Shown here piece by piece: positions 1 through 10,632 of a stretch of 64,000 nt of DNA. The notes below the pieces were generated by a model. It worked only from the letters and a program-made list of their open reading frames with translations, was not told the origin of the DNA and made no database searches. Both the position numbers and the translations under genes were made by a program. Numbering within the stretch: position 1 is the first letter of the stretch; the number at the start of each line of letters is the position of its first letter. Origin of the DNA: Candidatus Poribacteria bacterium (lineage in GTDB: Bacteria > Poribacteria > WGA-4E > PCPOR2b); NCBI GenBank assembly GCA_965198175.1, contig OZ240245.1:736001-800000 (forward strand). Direction: 5' to 3'.

Positions 1-2
1 TC

Positions 3-386
3 CCGGAACTGATTCAATCTTGGGTGAAAGCACCTCTCAATCCTGGTTTTTTCCTTCGCGTGGCGGTGATGGAAATCGAATCGTGGATTATGGCGGATCG
101 GGGTGCTTTAGCGGCATTCTTATCAATACCAGTAAATCGAATTCCTAGCACCCCAGATAATATTCTTCAACCCAAAGAATTCCTAGTGTCGCTTGCACGA
201 AAGAGCAGAAAGAAAAGCTTGAGAGACCAGCTCGTTCCGAGGAAAGGGGCGGCGACCACAAAGGTTGGACCTGAATATAACAACTGTATTGGCGAATTTG
301 TGCGAGTCCATTGGGATTTAGAACGCGCCGCGGTTGTATCGCCAAGTCTGAAGAGAACATTGAATCGCATCCGCAGTGCAAAATGA
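3..386 (+). CDS. C-terminal part of a DUF4276-like protein (5' end outside the window)
   Basis: Frame is open from the window edge (PELIQSWVKAP...). 'LRVAVMEIESWIMAD...PKEFL...SPSL' resembles DUF4276 proteins, which usually follow an AAA ATPase. Confidence 0.6.
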   Translation, partial: PELIQSWVKAPLNPGFFLRVAVMEIESWIMADRGALAAFLSIPVNRIPSTPDNILQPKEFLVSLARKSRKKSLRDQLVPRKGAATTKVGPEYNNCIGEFVRVHWDLERAAVVSPSLKRTLNRIRSAK

Positions 387-447
387 GCTTCCAATACCTT
401 GAAGTCGCGCAATGATCGCACGTTCTAAAAAGATGTAGGATGACTCC

Positions 448-3400
448 ATGCCGCACGACATCATTGACAACCGCAGCGAAAAGTTGGTTGAACACATCAA
501 CCTCCTCCTTGATTCCACAGAGAAGGCAAGGTTCGCGGTCGGATACTTTTTCCTCTCGGGCTTCCAGAGCATTGTTGACGAGCTCCAAGGAGTCCAAGAG
601 CTGCGTCTTCTGATTGGTAACACCACGAATCTGAACACGCTAGAGCAACTTGCCGAGGGGCATCGCAGGTTGGAACAGGTTGTCGAGATTGCGGAAGCGC
701 AGCTCTACGTTAAACGTGCAGACGCAAGGCAAATGGGAGTTGACACCGCAGAAAACATCAGCCAATCCGTGGAATTCATGGATCAGACTGACGAAGCCGA
801 AGCCCTGATAAAGTCGCTTGCTCAGATTATTCTTGAGAAGCGCGTTCTGGTTAGAGTTTATACGAAAGGACGGTTGCACGCAAAAGCCTACATCTTCGAC
901 TATCGTGAAGATGGGCGGTACGAGAAGGGTGCCGCCATCATAGGGTCGTCCAACCTCACATTATCAGGTCTAAGCCACAACACCGAGCTCAATGTTGTTG
1001 TGCAGGGAGCTGCGAACCACGCCGAGCTTTGTCGCTGGTTCGACAAACTGTGGGACGAAGCTGAAGAATTCGATGAATCTCTAATGGAGGTGATGAAAGC
1101 CTCATGGGGGTTCGCACTCGTCAAGCCCTACGACATCTACATGAAGACGCTGTACGAATTGGTAAAAGACCGACTAGAAGGCGGCGATGACCGCGAGATT
1201 CTCTGGGAGGATGACATTACCAGACAGTTGGCGGATTTTCAGAAGGTCGCTGTCCGACAAGCAGTTCAGATGATTCGAGACAACGGCGGCGTCTTTGTTT
1301 CAGATGTCGTGGGGCTCGGAAAGAGCTACGTCGGCGCGGCGATCATCAAGCACTTTGAATGGACTGAGCATGCGCGTCCGCTGATTATCTGTCCCGCGCC
1401 GCTGGTCAACATGTGGGAACGCTACAATGAGGTCTATCACCTCAACGCCCGCGTGCTTTCTATGGGAAAGTTGCGTGAGAGAGTCAGCGAAGACCTTGAG
1501 GACATAGATGGAGTGCCCTCCTCAATATTTGACGATGTCAGATACCGTGACCGCAATTTCGTGCTCATCGACGAAAGTCACAACTTCCGCCACTCCGATA
1601 CGCAACGCTATAAAGTTCTCCAGTCGTTCTTGGCAACCGGACGACGCTGCTGTTTTCTCACCGCGACCCCGCGCAACAAAAGCGCCTGGGACGTGTTCCA
1701 TCAAATTAAACTCTTCCACCCCGACGACATCACCGACTTGCCAATCGACCCGCCCGATCTGCGGGAGTATTTTCGTAAGATTGAGAAGGGTGAACGAAGA
1801 CTCCCCGATCTGTTGGGAAATATTCTGATTCGACGCACCCGTAATCACATCCTGCGCTGGTACGGTTTCGATGCTGAGACCGAAAAACCTGTCGATCCGT
1901 CCAGATTCCAGCAGTACCTAAACGGCAGTCGAAATGCTTACGTCCTTGTCGGTGGAAAAAAGCAGTTCTTTCCTAAGCGTTCCTTAGAAACCGTATCCTA
2001 CAGCATTGAGGACACATACCGGGGACTCTATCATGAGTTACGCGGTTACTTGGGGAAGCCGCGCGGGAAAGACTCGGCTTCACTCGCGGCTGGACAGCTT
2101 ACCTATGCGCGTTACGGGCTCTGGAACTATGTGATTGAGTCGAAACAGAAGCAGGAACCGTATTCTGACCTGCAGCGCTCGGGGGCAAACCTTCGCGGGT
2201 TGATGCGGATACTCCTGTTCAAACGTTTCGAATCCAGCGTCCACGCCTTCAGGCAGTCGATACGGAGGCTGCTTAATCTGCACCAGCGATTCGCGGAAGC
2301 GCTCGAAAGCGGAATTGTCCCCGCTGGGGACGAGGCGCAAGCGATTCTCTACGAGCCTTCAGCAGCGGAAGAGCAAGAACTAATGGATGCCTTGGCAGCG
2401 GTATCCGGGCGATATAAGGTAGACGATTTCAATGTCGATCTACTTCAGGAACACCTGTCCAACGACATAGCGCTGTTGCAGAAAACCTTGAGTCTTGTCG
2501 AACCCATTACCCCCGACCAAGACGCGAAGCTGCAATCGCTGCTTGACCGACTGGGACAACCTCCGCTTCAAGACGGGAAATGCCTTATCTTCACGCAATA
2601 TGCGGATACGGCGCGTTATCTTCATGAGAATCTCAACCCTAACGACCTGCGAGACGATATTGATGTCATTTATAGTGGGGACAAAAGCAAAGAGCGGGCG
2701 GTGGGGCGGTTTGCGCCGAAAGCCAATCCTGAGTACCAATTTCAGCGCGGCGAATCGGAGCTGTCCACACTCATCGCCACCGATGTGCTGGCAGAAGGAT
2801 TGAACCTTCAGGATGGGAACAAGATTGTCAATTACGATCTCCACTGGAATCCGGTGCGGCTCATCCAGCGGTTCGGCCGTATTGACCGGATTGGGAGCGA
2901 GCACGATGTGATTTACGGGTTCAACTTTCTGCCAGAAACCGGAATCGAGCGGAATTTGGGGTTGCGGGAGATACTCCGATCCCGCATTCAGGAGATTCAC
3001 GACTCCATCGGCGAGGACGCAGCAATTCTTGACGAATCGGAGCAACTCAACGAAACCGCAATGTACGCCATCTATGAAGGGCAGGGCGACCAGTTAAGTC
3101 TGTTCGATGACGATAAAGAGTTGATGGATCTTAACGAGGCGGAAGAGTTGCTGCGACAGTTGCAGCGCGATGACCCGGGTGAATTTGAACGTATCGCGAA
3201 CCTTCGAGACGGAGTCCGCGCCGCGGTGCCCAGAGATTCAAAGGGCACCTATCTCTTTTGTCAGGCAGGACGATATCAGCAACTCTTCCTTTTGAACGAG
3301 ACGGGCGAGATTGTCTCTAGAGACATCCCTCAAATCCTCACCACTATCAAGTGCGATCCCGACCTGCTTGGTGACAAGTTACCCACGGACTACAACGCAA

Positions 3401-3777
3401 CGGTCATGAGCACAAAACGGCTATTCGCCCGAGAGGTCCGAGTTCGACAATCCGAACGGCAGCACAGACTTTCGCTGACGCAAGCGCAACGGTATGTGCT
3501 CCGTGAGCTGCAACTTATCTTCGTGGAGGCGAGCGACGAGGACCTTCAAGCGCAAATCAACCTGTTGGAGAGAGCGTTCCGCAGCTCCATTACCGACGCC
3601 CTAAACAGAGAGCTTAATCTGCTGCGCCGAAACGGCGTGACCGGAACCGCGCTGCTCAGGAATTTGAGCCAACTCTACCGCCAACACAATATGAGGGAGT
3701 GGAACACGAGACAGCAGGGCACCCAGTCCCAAAACGAAGACCTACCGAGGATTATCTGCAGCGCCGCGCTGGTCTAA
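448..3777 (+). CDS. PLD-like nuclease domain fused to an SNF2-type SF2 helicase (1109 aa), restriction/defence-associated type
   Basis: HKD motif 'LHAKAYIFD' and 'GSSNLT'; Walker A 'DVVGLGKS', Walker B 'DESH', 'TATP', 'AEGLNLQ', motif VI 'QRFGRIDRIG'. Confidence 0.9.
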   Translation: MPHDIIDNRSEKLVEHINLLLDSTEKARFAVGYFFLSGFQSIVDELQGVQELRLLIGNTTNLNTLEQLAEGHRRLEQVVEIAEAQLYVKRADARQMGVDTAENISQSVEFMDQTDEAEALIKSLAQIILEKRVLVRVYTKGRLHAKAYIFDYREDGRYEKGAAIIGSSNLTLSGLSHNTELNVVVQGAANHAELCRWFDKLWDEAEEFDESLMEVMKASWGFALVKPYDIYMKTLYELVKDRLEGGDDREILWEDDITRQLADFQKVAVRQAVQMIRDNGGVFVSDVVGLGKSYVGAAIIKHFEWTEHARPLIICPAPLVNMWERYNEVYHLNARVLSMGKLRERVSEDLEDIDGVPSSIFDDVRYRDRNFVLIDESHNFRHSDTQRYKVLQSFLATGRRCCFLTATPRNKSAWDVFHQIKLFHPDDITDLPIDPPDLREYFRKIEKGERRLPDLLGNILIRRTRNHILRWYGFDAETEKPVDPSRFQQYLNGSRNAYVLVGGKKQFFPKRSLETVSYSIEDTYRGLYHELRGYLGKPRGKDSASLAAGQLTYARYGLWNYVIESKQKQEPYSDLQRSGANLRGLMRILLFKRFESSVHAFRQSIRRLLNLHQRFAEALESGIVPAGDEAQAILYEPSAAEEQELMDALAAVSGRYKVDDFNVDLLQEHLSNDIALLQKTLSLVEPITPDQDAKLQSLLDRLGQPPLQDGKCLIFTQYADTARYLHENLNPNDLRDDIDVIYSGDKSKERAVGRFAPKANPEYQFQRGESELSTLIATDVLAEGLNLQDGNKIVNYDLHWNPVRLIQRFGRIDRIGSEHDVIYGFNFLPETGIERNLGLREILRSRIQEIHDSIGEDAAILDESEQLNETAMYAIYEGQGDQLSLFDDDKELMDLNEAEELLRQLQRDDPGEFERIANLRDGVRAAVPRDSKGTYLFCQAGRYQQLFLLNETGEIVSRDIPQILTTIKCDPDLLGDKLPTDYNATVMSTKRLFAREVRVRQSERQHRLSLTQAQRYVLRELQLIFVEASDEDLQAQINLLERAFRSSITDALNRELNLLRRNGVTGTALLRNLSQLYRQHNMREWNTRQQGTQSQNEDLPRIICSAALV

Positions 3778-3880
3778 TGGTCTCTCATTTTCAACGAGGT
3801 CCCTGCTAGCTCTTGCAACGGATGCGGTAGCCGCATGCCCAAGTGAATCGAATCCAGAGCATCTGGTGTGGACAGAGTTT

Positions 3881-5752
3881 CTACTCAAGGTCCCAGAGCA
3901 GGATTGTGCCGTCCATACTCCCACTCGCGAGCGTGGTGCCATCGGCTCTAAAGGTTACGCTTGTCACACCGCCCGTATGCCCCACGAGCGTTTTCCGAAG
4001 TTCGCCCGTGGTAACATCCCACAGTCGGATTGTGGCGTCCCAACTCCCGCTGGCGAGTGTTGAGCCGTCGGCGCTGAACGCAACACTGTTGACCGGCGCC
4101 GTATGTCCGGTGAGTGTTTTACCGAGTTCGCCCGTGGCAACATCCCACAATCGAACGGTGCCGTCCCTACTCTCACTGACGAGTGCAGTGCTATCGGCAC
4201 TGAACGCAATACTGGTAACAGCCTCAGTATGCCCGGCGAGCGTTTTTCGAAGTTCGCCCGTGGTAACATCCCACAGTCGGATTGTGGCGTCCCAACTCCC
4301 ACTGGCGAACGTTGAGCCATCGGCGCTGAACGCAATGCTATTGACCGGCGCCGTATGCCCAGTGAGCATTCTGCGAAACTGCCCAGTGGCAACACCCCAC
4401 AGGTAAATTGTGCCGTGCAAACTTCCGTCATTGGCGAGTGTTGAGCCGTCGGCGCTGAACGCAACACTATTGACATCGCCCGCATGACCCGTGATCGCTT
4501 TGCGTAGCTCTCCTGTGGTGGCATCCCACAAGTGGATGGTGCCGTCTTTACTTCCACTTGCGAGTAGCTGTCCATCAGCGCTAAACGCAACACAATCGAC
4601 CTCATCCGTATGTCCTGTGAGCATCTTTCGAGGTTCGCCTGTGGCGAGATCCCACAAGCGGAGGGCGGTGTCCCAACCTCCACTGGCAAGTGTTGTGCCA
4701 TCGGCGTTGAACACAACGCTCCAGACATCGCACGTATATCCTGTAAGCGTCACGCGCGGCTCTCCCGTGGCGAGATCCCACAGACGCACGGTGTCGTCCT
4801 TCCAACCCCCACCGCTGGCGAGTGTTGTGCCGTCGGCGCTGAACGCAACGCTACTGACATCGCCTGCATGGCCCTCAAGCGTTTTGCGGAGTTTCCTAGT
4901 GCTGGCATCCCACAGGCGGATGGTATTATCCCAACTCCCACTGGCGAGTGTTGTGCCATCGGCGCTGTATGCAAGGCTAGTGACGGCATCCGTATGTCCC
5001 TTGAGTGTTTTGCGCAGCTTGCCCGTGGCAACGCTCCACAGACGGATGGTATTATCTTTCCAACCCCCACCGCTGGCGAGTGTCCTGCCATTAACACTGA
5101 ACACAACGCTCCTTACGCCGCCAGTATGCCTCGTGAGCCTTTTGCGCAGCTTTCCAGTGGGGACATTCCACAGCATAATTGTGCCGTCCGAACTCCCACT
5201 AGCGAGCGTTCTGCCATTGCTGCTGAATGCAATGCTATAGATGTCAGACTCATGTCCCTCAAGTGTTTTGCGCAGTGCTCCCGTAGCGGCATTCCATAGA
5301 CGAATTGTGTTGTCCTCCCAACCGCCGCCACTGGCGAGCGTTGTGCCATCGGCGTTGAACACAACGCTCCTGACATCGGAGGTATGTCCCTTGAGTGTTT
5401 TGCGGGACTCACCCGTGACCGCATCCCACAAGTGGATGGTGCCGTCCGAACTCCCACTTGCGAGCGTCCCTCCATCGGGACTGTACGCAACGCTGTTGAC
5501 CCAAGTATGTCCGGTTAACAGGGCAGTCTCTTGATAAGTCTGTGCATCATAAAGCCAAATTCCGATACTACTAGCGACCGCCAGTTGGCTGCTGTCCGGA
5601 GAAAACTCAACATCAGTTATTGAGCCTCTACCGAGACGTGCTTTCGCACCTTCGGGCAAACCCCAACGAGTGAAATCTTGGGCGGGCGCATGAGGTAGAA
5701 AAAGAATAGTGACTAACAACAGAGTGAACCCGAAAAACAAGGTCTTTTTCAT
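3881..5752 (-). CDS. Secreted WD40-repeat protein (14 repeats, probable double beta-propeller)
   Basis: Signal peptide MKKTLFFGFTLLLVTILFLPHAPA, then 14 ~42-aa 'GH...VxSVAFSxDGxTLASGSxDxTIRLWD' units. Confidence 0.95.
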   Translation of the reverse strand: MKKTLFFGFTLLLVTILFLPHAPAQDFTRWGLPEGAKARLGRGSITDVEFSPDSSQLAVASSIGIWLYDAQTYQETALLTGHTWVNSVAYSPDGGTLASGSSDGTIHLWDAVTGESRKTLKGHTSDVRSVVFNADGTTLASGGGWEDNTIRLWNAATGALRKTLEGHESDIYSIAFSSNGRTLASGSSDGTIMLWNVPTGKLRKRLTRHTGGVRSVVFSVNGRTLASGGGWKDNTIRLWSVATGKLRKTLKGHTDAVTSLAYSADGTTLASGSWDNTIRLWDASTRKLRKTLEGHAGDVSSVAFSADGTTLASGGGWKDDTVRLWDLATGEPRVTLTGYTCDVWSVVFNADGTTLASGGWDTALRLWDLATGEPRKMLTGHTDEVDCVAFSADGQLLASGSKDGTIHLWDATTGELRKAITGHAGDVNSVAFSADGSTLANDGSLHGTIYLWGVATGQFRRMLTGHTAPVNSIAFSADGSTFASGSWDATIRLWDVTTGELRKTLAGHTEAVTSIAFSADSTALVSESRDGTVRLWDVATGELGKTLTGHTAPVNSVAFSADGSTLASGSWDATIRLWDVTTGELRKTLVGHTGGVTSVTFRADGTTLASGSMDGTILLWDLE

Positions 5753-6125
5753 CTAATCTTATTGATATGCCTCCGAAATTGCATAAGGAGAAACCGGTCG
5801 GTATCTTAATTGTAACGCTTTTCTCTCTGTGTGACAAGCTTTTATGAAAGTGTTGCCTTTCTCATACAGCGTTTTCGCAGGTGTATCGGTGAAATCTCCA
5901 TCAGAGAAGCTATTTCAAATATACGGATAATTTCCGAGAGGATGATTGATATAATTGACTGTGTATGATACAATCTATTCTCTGTAGGTAACCGAGGCTG
6001 TCGGACGGTTCGGTTGTGGAGTGCTGCACGGCGAGATCGCGCGGAACACCTACTCACATAACGAAGTGAATGTATCCGTAGATTCTGTTGACTTTTACTA
6101 ATCTACTTAGAAGGGACAAGAGGTT

Positions 6126-7283
6126 ATGGGCGATGTCGTTCATGCGGCGGTGATGGTGCACCCGGGAAAAATTGAGATTCAAGAGTTTCCTTTCCCAGAG
6201 TTAGAAGATGGGGGTGTGCTTCTCAAGGTGGAGATGTGCGGCATCTGTGGCACGGACAAGCACACCTGGCGCGGGGAGACGAAACAATATGCCGGCACAG
6301 ACGCCGAATCGGATACGCCATTTCCTATCATTCCGGGGCACGAAGTGATTGGAATCATCGCTGAAATCAACAATCGCAAAAGCCCACGCCTGGATTTTAA
6401 CGGGGAACGTCTACGGGTGGGCGATCGCGTTGCCCTGTGTCCTGATGTGATTTGTGGCAAATGCTATGACTGCCGGCACACGTTTGCATTTCCTTGGTGT
6501 GAAAATCTGCAAGGTTATGGTAATGCGTTTACCTCCGCTGATCCCCCTCACCTGTTTGGGGGCTGGGCGGAATATATGTACATCCTGCCCAACGCCTTTC
6601 TATATAAAGTTCCCGAAAATCTTCCGCTGCGAGTCGCCGTCATGGTAGAGTTGATGGCTGTTAGCTATAACCTAGATAAGACGAAAGAGTTCTTCACCCT
6701 CACGGGCGAGGGGTTCGCAACGGGCAGCACAGTTGTCATTCAAGGTGTCGGTCCGATGGGAATTTGCCACGTCATCAAGGCGCGAATGATGGGCGCGGGC
6801 CAAATTATCGCTACCGATGGTTCGGATTTCCGCCTTGACCTTGCCAGTGAATTTGGCGTTGACCACACCCTCAATGTGACTCAGACCACCCAAGATGAAC
6901 GAATTGAGTTCGTCCGCTCTCTGACCCATGGGCGCGGTGCGGACATCGTCGTGGAGTGTGCCGGTATTGCTGAGGTCGTACCTGAAGGACTGGAGATGCT
7001 GCGCAAGGGCGGTGTTTACATTGAAGCTGGCAACTTTGTTGAGACGGGAGAGGTATCGTTAAGTCCGCACCGTCACTTCTGTTCAAAAAATATTCGGCTT
7101 ATTGGGATGACTAACCACCCCTTCACCGGCTATACCCCTAGCATGGAGTTAATGCAACGGAATACCACTCGCTTCCCATTTGAGAAATTCGTGACCCATG
7201 AATACCCTCTCGCTCAGACTGAGATAGGAATGCTAAAGTCAATGCAACCTGAGCAGTGTATGAAGGTAGTCGTTGCACCATAG
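6126..7283 (+). CDS. Zn-dependent medium-chain alcohol dehydrogenase
   Basis: 'CGTDKH', 'GHE', structural Zn 'CGKCYDC...C', Rossmann 'GVGPMG'. Confidence 0.9.
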   Translation: MGDVVHAAVMVHPGKIEIQEFPFPELEDGGVLLKVEMCGICGTDKHTWRGETKQYAGTDAESDTPFPIIPGHEVIGIIAEINNRKSPRLDFNGERLRVGDRVALCPDVICGKCYDCRHTFAFPWCENLQGYGNAFTSADPPHLFGGWAEYMYILPNAFLYKVPENLPLRVAVMVELMAVSYNLDKTKEFFTLTGEGFATGSTVVIQGVGPMGICHVIKARMMGAGQIIATDGSDFRLDLASEFGVDHTLNVTQTTQDERIEFVRSLTHGRGADIVVECAGIAEVVPEGLEMLRKGGVYIEAGNFVETGEVSLSPHRHFCSKNIRLIGMTNHPFTGYTPSMELMQRNTTRFPFEKFVTHEYPLAQTEIGMLKSMQPEQCMKVVVAP

Positions 7284-7409
7284 GAGAATTAAATAACCTA
7301 TCACGGTTAAGCATAAAATTTTCAACTGCATCAGACTGCGGCGAAGATTGATTATTGTGTAGACAACGAAAAATAGCCTCTGATGTAAAACGAAGAAAGG
7401 GAATTGAAA

Positions 7410-8933
7410 ATGCTTGATAACAGGTATCTCTTCAATGACAATCAGATGCAGGATTTCATTGTCAACGGATATGTGACGGTCAAGACGAATCTTCCCGCTA
7501 GTTTCCACGAACACGTCTACCAGCAGCTTAACTCGGTCGTTGAGAGTGAAGGCAACCCGGGGAACAACGTGCTGCCGAGGATTCCTGAGATTCAGGAAGT
7601 CTTTGATCAACCGGTTATTCGAGGCGCCTTTACCAGTATACTAGGTCCGGATTATATCATGCACCCGCACCGCCATCCCCATCACAATTTGCCCGGCAGT
7701 CAGACGCAGAGTTGGCATAAGGACAGCTATTGGGGGTATTTAAAGATGCGCAACCACCGCCCCTGGTGGGCGATGGCGTTCTACTATCCGCAGGATGTCG
7801 CCGAAGAGATTGGGCCGACCGCGATTATACCGGGTACACAATATTACTATACAAATGCATATGGGGATGATGAAGCCGGTGTTCCGCTTTTCGGTCAAGC
7901 AGGTACAGTAACGATTATCCATTATGACCTTTGGCACCGGGCGATGGCAAATCGTACCGACAAGCATCGGTACATGTTGAAATTCCAATTCATCCGAATG
8001 GAGGCGCCGAAACATCCTACGTGGAACAATGAAATTTCGGACTGGACGCCTGTCGAGAATGGTGGCCCAGCGTACAAACCTCAGATAATGTGGCAGTATT
8101 GTTGGAACTGGTTGTCTGGAAGGGAACGATTGCACAAGAACGGTACCCCATCGCACGACGCAAATCCGACGCGGAATGGCGATGTGGCTAAATGGATTAA
8201 AGCGCTACGCAATGAAAACCCTATCGACCGTCTCAATGCGGCGGACGAGTTGGGAATGATACGTGATGAAGCCAGCCAAGATGCTGTACCGGCTCTGATA
8301 GAAGCTCTGGGAGATACACTAGAACCAGTCGGACTCAACGCCGCCTATTCGTTGGGCGAGATAGGTACTCCGGCTGTGCCAGGGTTGATAGAGGCGTTGA
8401 ATCACGAGTTGGAGTTGGTACATCGGAATGCAGCTTACGCGCTCAGTGCAATCGGTGCACCGGCTTTACCTGCGCTGACAGGCGCGTTGGAACACAAGCT
8501 CGACGCAGTTCGCGGCAATGCGGCTTATGCGTTGGGTGAAATTGGACCACCGGCTCAAAGTGCCGTGTCAACATTAATCCAACTTCTCGAAGACCCATCG
8601 GAGGAAGTCCGCCGGCATATGGTTGAGGCGCTGGGGATAATCGGCGCCCCACCCCATGACGTTGTACCGGCGTTGATAGAAGCCTTGCACGATCCGGATG
8701 CTCAAGTTCGCTTCACGGCTGCGCTCTCATTGACTCGGATCGGGGCACAGGCGCATGAGGCAGTGCCTGCATTGAAGGCGGCGTTGATCGATGAGAATCG
8801 GTATGTCCGTGCGAATGCGGTTGATGCATTGGATCGAATTGGCACGCCTGAAGCGCGAGAGGCCTTATTCCACTTTCTTTTTGCCGCCCGATGGTGCCCC
8901 ACAACCACCAAAGAGAGCAACTTTTACCCATAA
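7410..8933 (+). CDS. PhyH-like Fe(II)/2OG dioxygenase fused to C-terminal HEAT repeats
   Basis: 'WHKD...WHRA' Fe triad, 'GPTAIIPGTQ'; C-terminal 'AVPALIEALxD...VRxxAAxAL' repeats. ATG at 7410 preferred over TTG at 7404. Confidence 0.85.
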   Translation: MLDNRYLFNDNQMQDFIVNGYVTVKTNLPASFHEHVYQQLNSVVESEGNPGNNVLPRIPEIQEVFDQPVIRGAFTSILGPDYIMHPHRHPHHNLPGSQTQSWHKDSYWGYLKMRNHRPWWAMAFYYPQDVAEEIGPTAIIPGTQYYYTNAYGDDEAGVPLFGQAGTVTIIHYDLWHRAMANRTDKHRYMLKFQFIRMEAPKHPTWNNEISDWTPVENGGPAYKPQIMWQYCWNWLSGRERLHKNGTPSHDANPTRNGDVAKWIKALRNENPIDRLNAADELGMIRDEASQDAVPALIEALGDTLEPVGLNAAYSLGEIGTPAVPGLIEALNHELELVHRNAAYALSAIGAPALPALTGALEHKLDAVRGNAAYALGEIGPPAQSAVSTLIQLLEDPSEEVRRHMVEALGIIGAPPHDVVPALIEALHDPDAQVRFTAALSLTRIGAQAHEAVPALKAALIDENRYVRANAVDALDRIGTPEAREALFHFLFAARWCPTTTKESNFYP

Positions 8934-9032
8934 CGACCGTAGATTCGGGCGCGTTAAGAATCGAAGAAATGCAGGTAACGCGATTCCGGAACGTCATAGG
9001 AATTCGTGTTCTAATGCGACACGAGGTAAAAC

Positions 9033-10487
9033 ATGGCATATTCCAGCCTAAGAGATTTTGTGAAAACCTTGGAACAAGAGGGCGAGCTGAAACGGATTAA
9101 AACCAAAGTCTCACCCAATCTTGAAGTATCGCAGATTACTGATCGGGTGAGTAAGGCAGAAGGTCCAGCTTTGCTGTTTGAAAATGTGGAGGGGAGCGAG
9201 ATGCCGTTGCTCATCAACGCTTTCGGATCCTACAAGCGGATGGCAATAGCGCTAGGCGTGGATGACCTCAATAAGATTGCCGATGAGATTGAAGGTATGA
9301 TTAAGCTTGGTCCCCCGGAATCGCTGCTCGACAAAGTCAAGATCCTCGGTATACTGGCGAAATTCACCAAGTTCCCTCCCAAGACCGTTCGGCGCGGCGC
9401 GTGTCAAGAAGTAGTACATACCGGCGATAGCGTGTCATTGGATACCTTGCCGATTATCAAATGTTGGCCTCTTGATGCGGATAAATATATCACGCTGCCC
9501 CAAGTCTTTACGCACAGCCTAGAAACGGGTCAGCGCAATGTTGGCACCTATCGAATGCAGAAGATTGATGCACGCACTATGGCGATGCACTGGCAGATTC
9601 ACCATGACGGCGCGGCACATCACCGAGAATACCGTCAAGCGGGGGTGAGGATGCCTGTCGCCGTTGCAATTGGCGGCGATCCGGTCATGTCTTATATCGG
9701 CACCGCTCCTCTCCCAACAGGGATTGATGAAATCCTGTTTGCGGGCTTTCTCCGCAAAGCCAATGTGCCGATGGTACAGGGTAAGACGATTGACATGCTA
9801 GTTCCCGCAGACGCCGACATTGTGATTGAAGGGTATATCGAACCTGACGAAACCTGCATGGAAGGACCTTTCGGCGATCACACCGGCTATTATTCGCTTG
9901 AGGACAAATACCCTGTTTTTCATATCACCGGTATTACGCACCGTAAGAACCCCATCTACCAGACAATTATCGTTGGCAAGCCACCGATGGAAGATTGCTA
10001 CATGGGTAAAGCAACGGAGCGAATCTTTTTGCCGTTGATTAAAACACAACTTCCGGAGCTGATCGATATGAATCTACCGTTGTTCGGTGTGTTCCACAAT
10101 TTTGCCTTAATCTCTATTGACAAACGCTATCCATTCCACGCGAAGAAGATTATGCACAGCTTGTGGGGTCTCGGACAACTCATGTTCAGCAAGATTATTG
10201 TCGTTGTGGATAAGAATGTGGATGTGCAAAGTGTAGAAGAAGTGCTCTTCCGCGTCGGCAGCAATGTGGATCCGAAGCGTGATGTAACCATCGTCGAAGG
10301 ACCCGTTGATGTGCTCGACCACGCGGCCCCTCTGATTGGCGCTGGGTCGAAAATGGGAATTGATGCAACCACCAAATGGCGTGAGGAAGGTTACCAACGC
10401 GAGTGGCCCGACGAAATCACGATGTCTCAAGAGATGATCGATTTCGTGAACAAACGGTGGGAGGAGTATGGGCTTGGTGAGATGTAA
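9033..10487 (+). CDS. UbiD-family decarboxylase (menaquinone-biosynthesis/MqnL-like)
   Basis: 'EGPFGDHTGYY', 'RNVGTYRMQ', 'SKMGIDAT' UbiD motifs. Confidence 0.9.
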   Translation: MAYSSLRDFVKTLEQEGELKRIKTKVSPNLEVSQITDRVSKAEGPALLFENVEGSEMPLLINAFGSYKRMAIALGVDDLNKIADEIEGMIKLGPPESLLDKVKILGILAKFTKFPPKTVRRGACQEVVHTGDSVSLDTLPIIKCWPLDADKYITLPQVFTHSLETGQRNVGTYRMQKIDARTMAMHWQIHHDGAAHHREYRQAGVRMPVAVAIGGDPVMSYIGTAPLPTGIDEILFAGFLRKANVPMVQGKTIDMLVPADADIVIEGYIEPDETCMEGPFGDHTGYYSLEDKYPVFHITGITHRKNPIYQTIIVGKPPMEDCYMGKATERIFLPLIKTQLPELIDMNLPLFGVFHNFALISIDKRYPFHAKKIMHSLWGLGQLMFSKIIVVVDKNVDVQSVEEVLFRVGSNVDPKRDVTIVEGPVDVLDHAAPLIGAGSKMGIDATTKWREEGYQREWPDEITMSQEMIDFVNKRWEEYGLGEM

Positions 10488-10632
10488 AGGGCGCGGAAGG
10501 TATCAATATTGGATTTAGAAGGAACACAACGTCCCAACTGATGCTATTCTGAAACGAAGAATTGTACTCGCAGCGACCGAGAATTCACGCTTCAACTACC
10601 AAAGAAAATAGACAATTGCCCCACAATCAAGC

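Noticed and set aside
448..3777. DISARM or BREX assignment for the helicase
   Set aside because: No drm or brx/pgl partner genes are visible; a PLD-SNF2 fusion alone does not define these systems.
3843..5534. Several long plus-strand and alternate-frame ORFs over the WD40 gene
   Set aside because: Shadow ORFs caused by the repeat periodicity of the real minus-strand gene.
3881..5600. ~126-bp periodic repeats as a CRISPR-like array
   Set aside because: They are in-frame WD40 coding repeats with no constant repeat/unique spacer structure and no cas genes.
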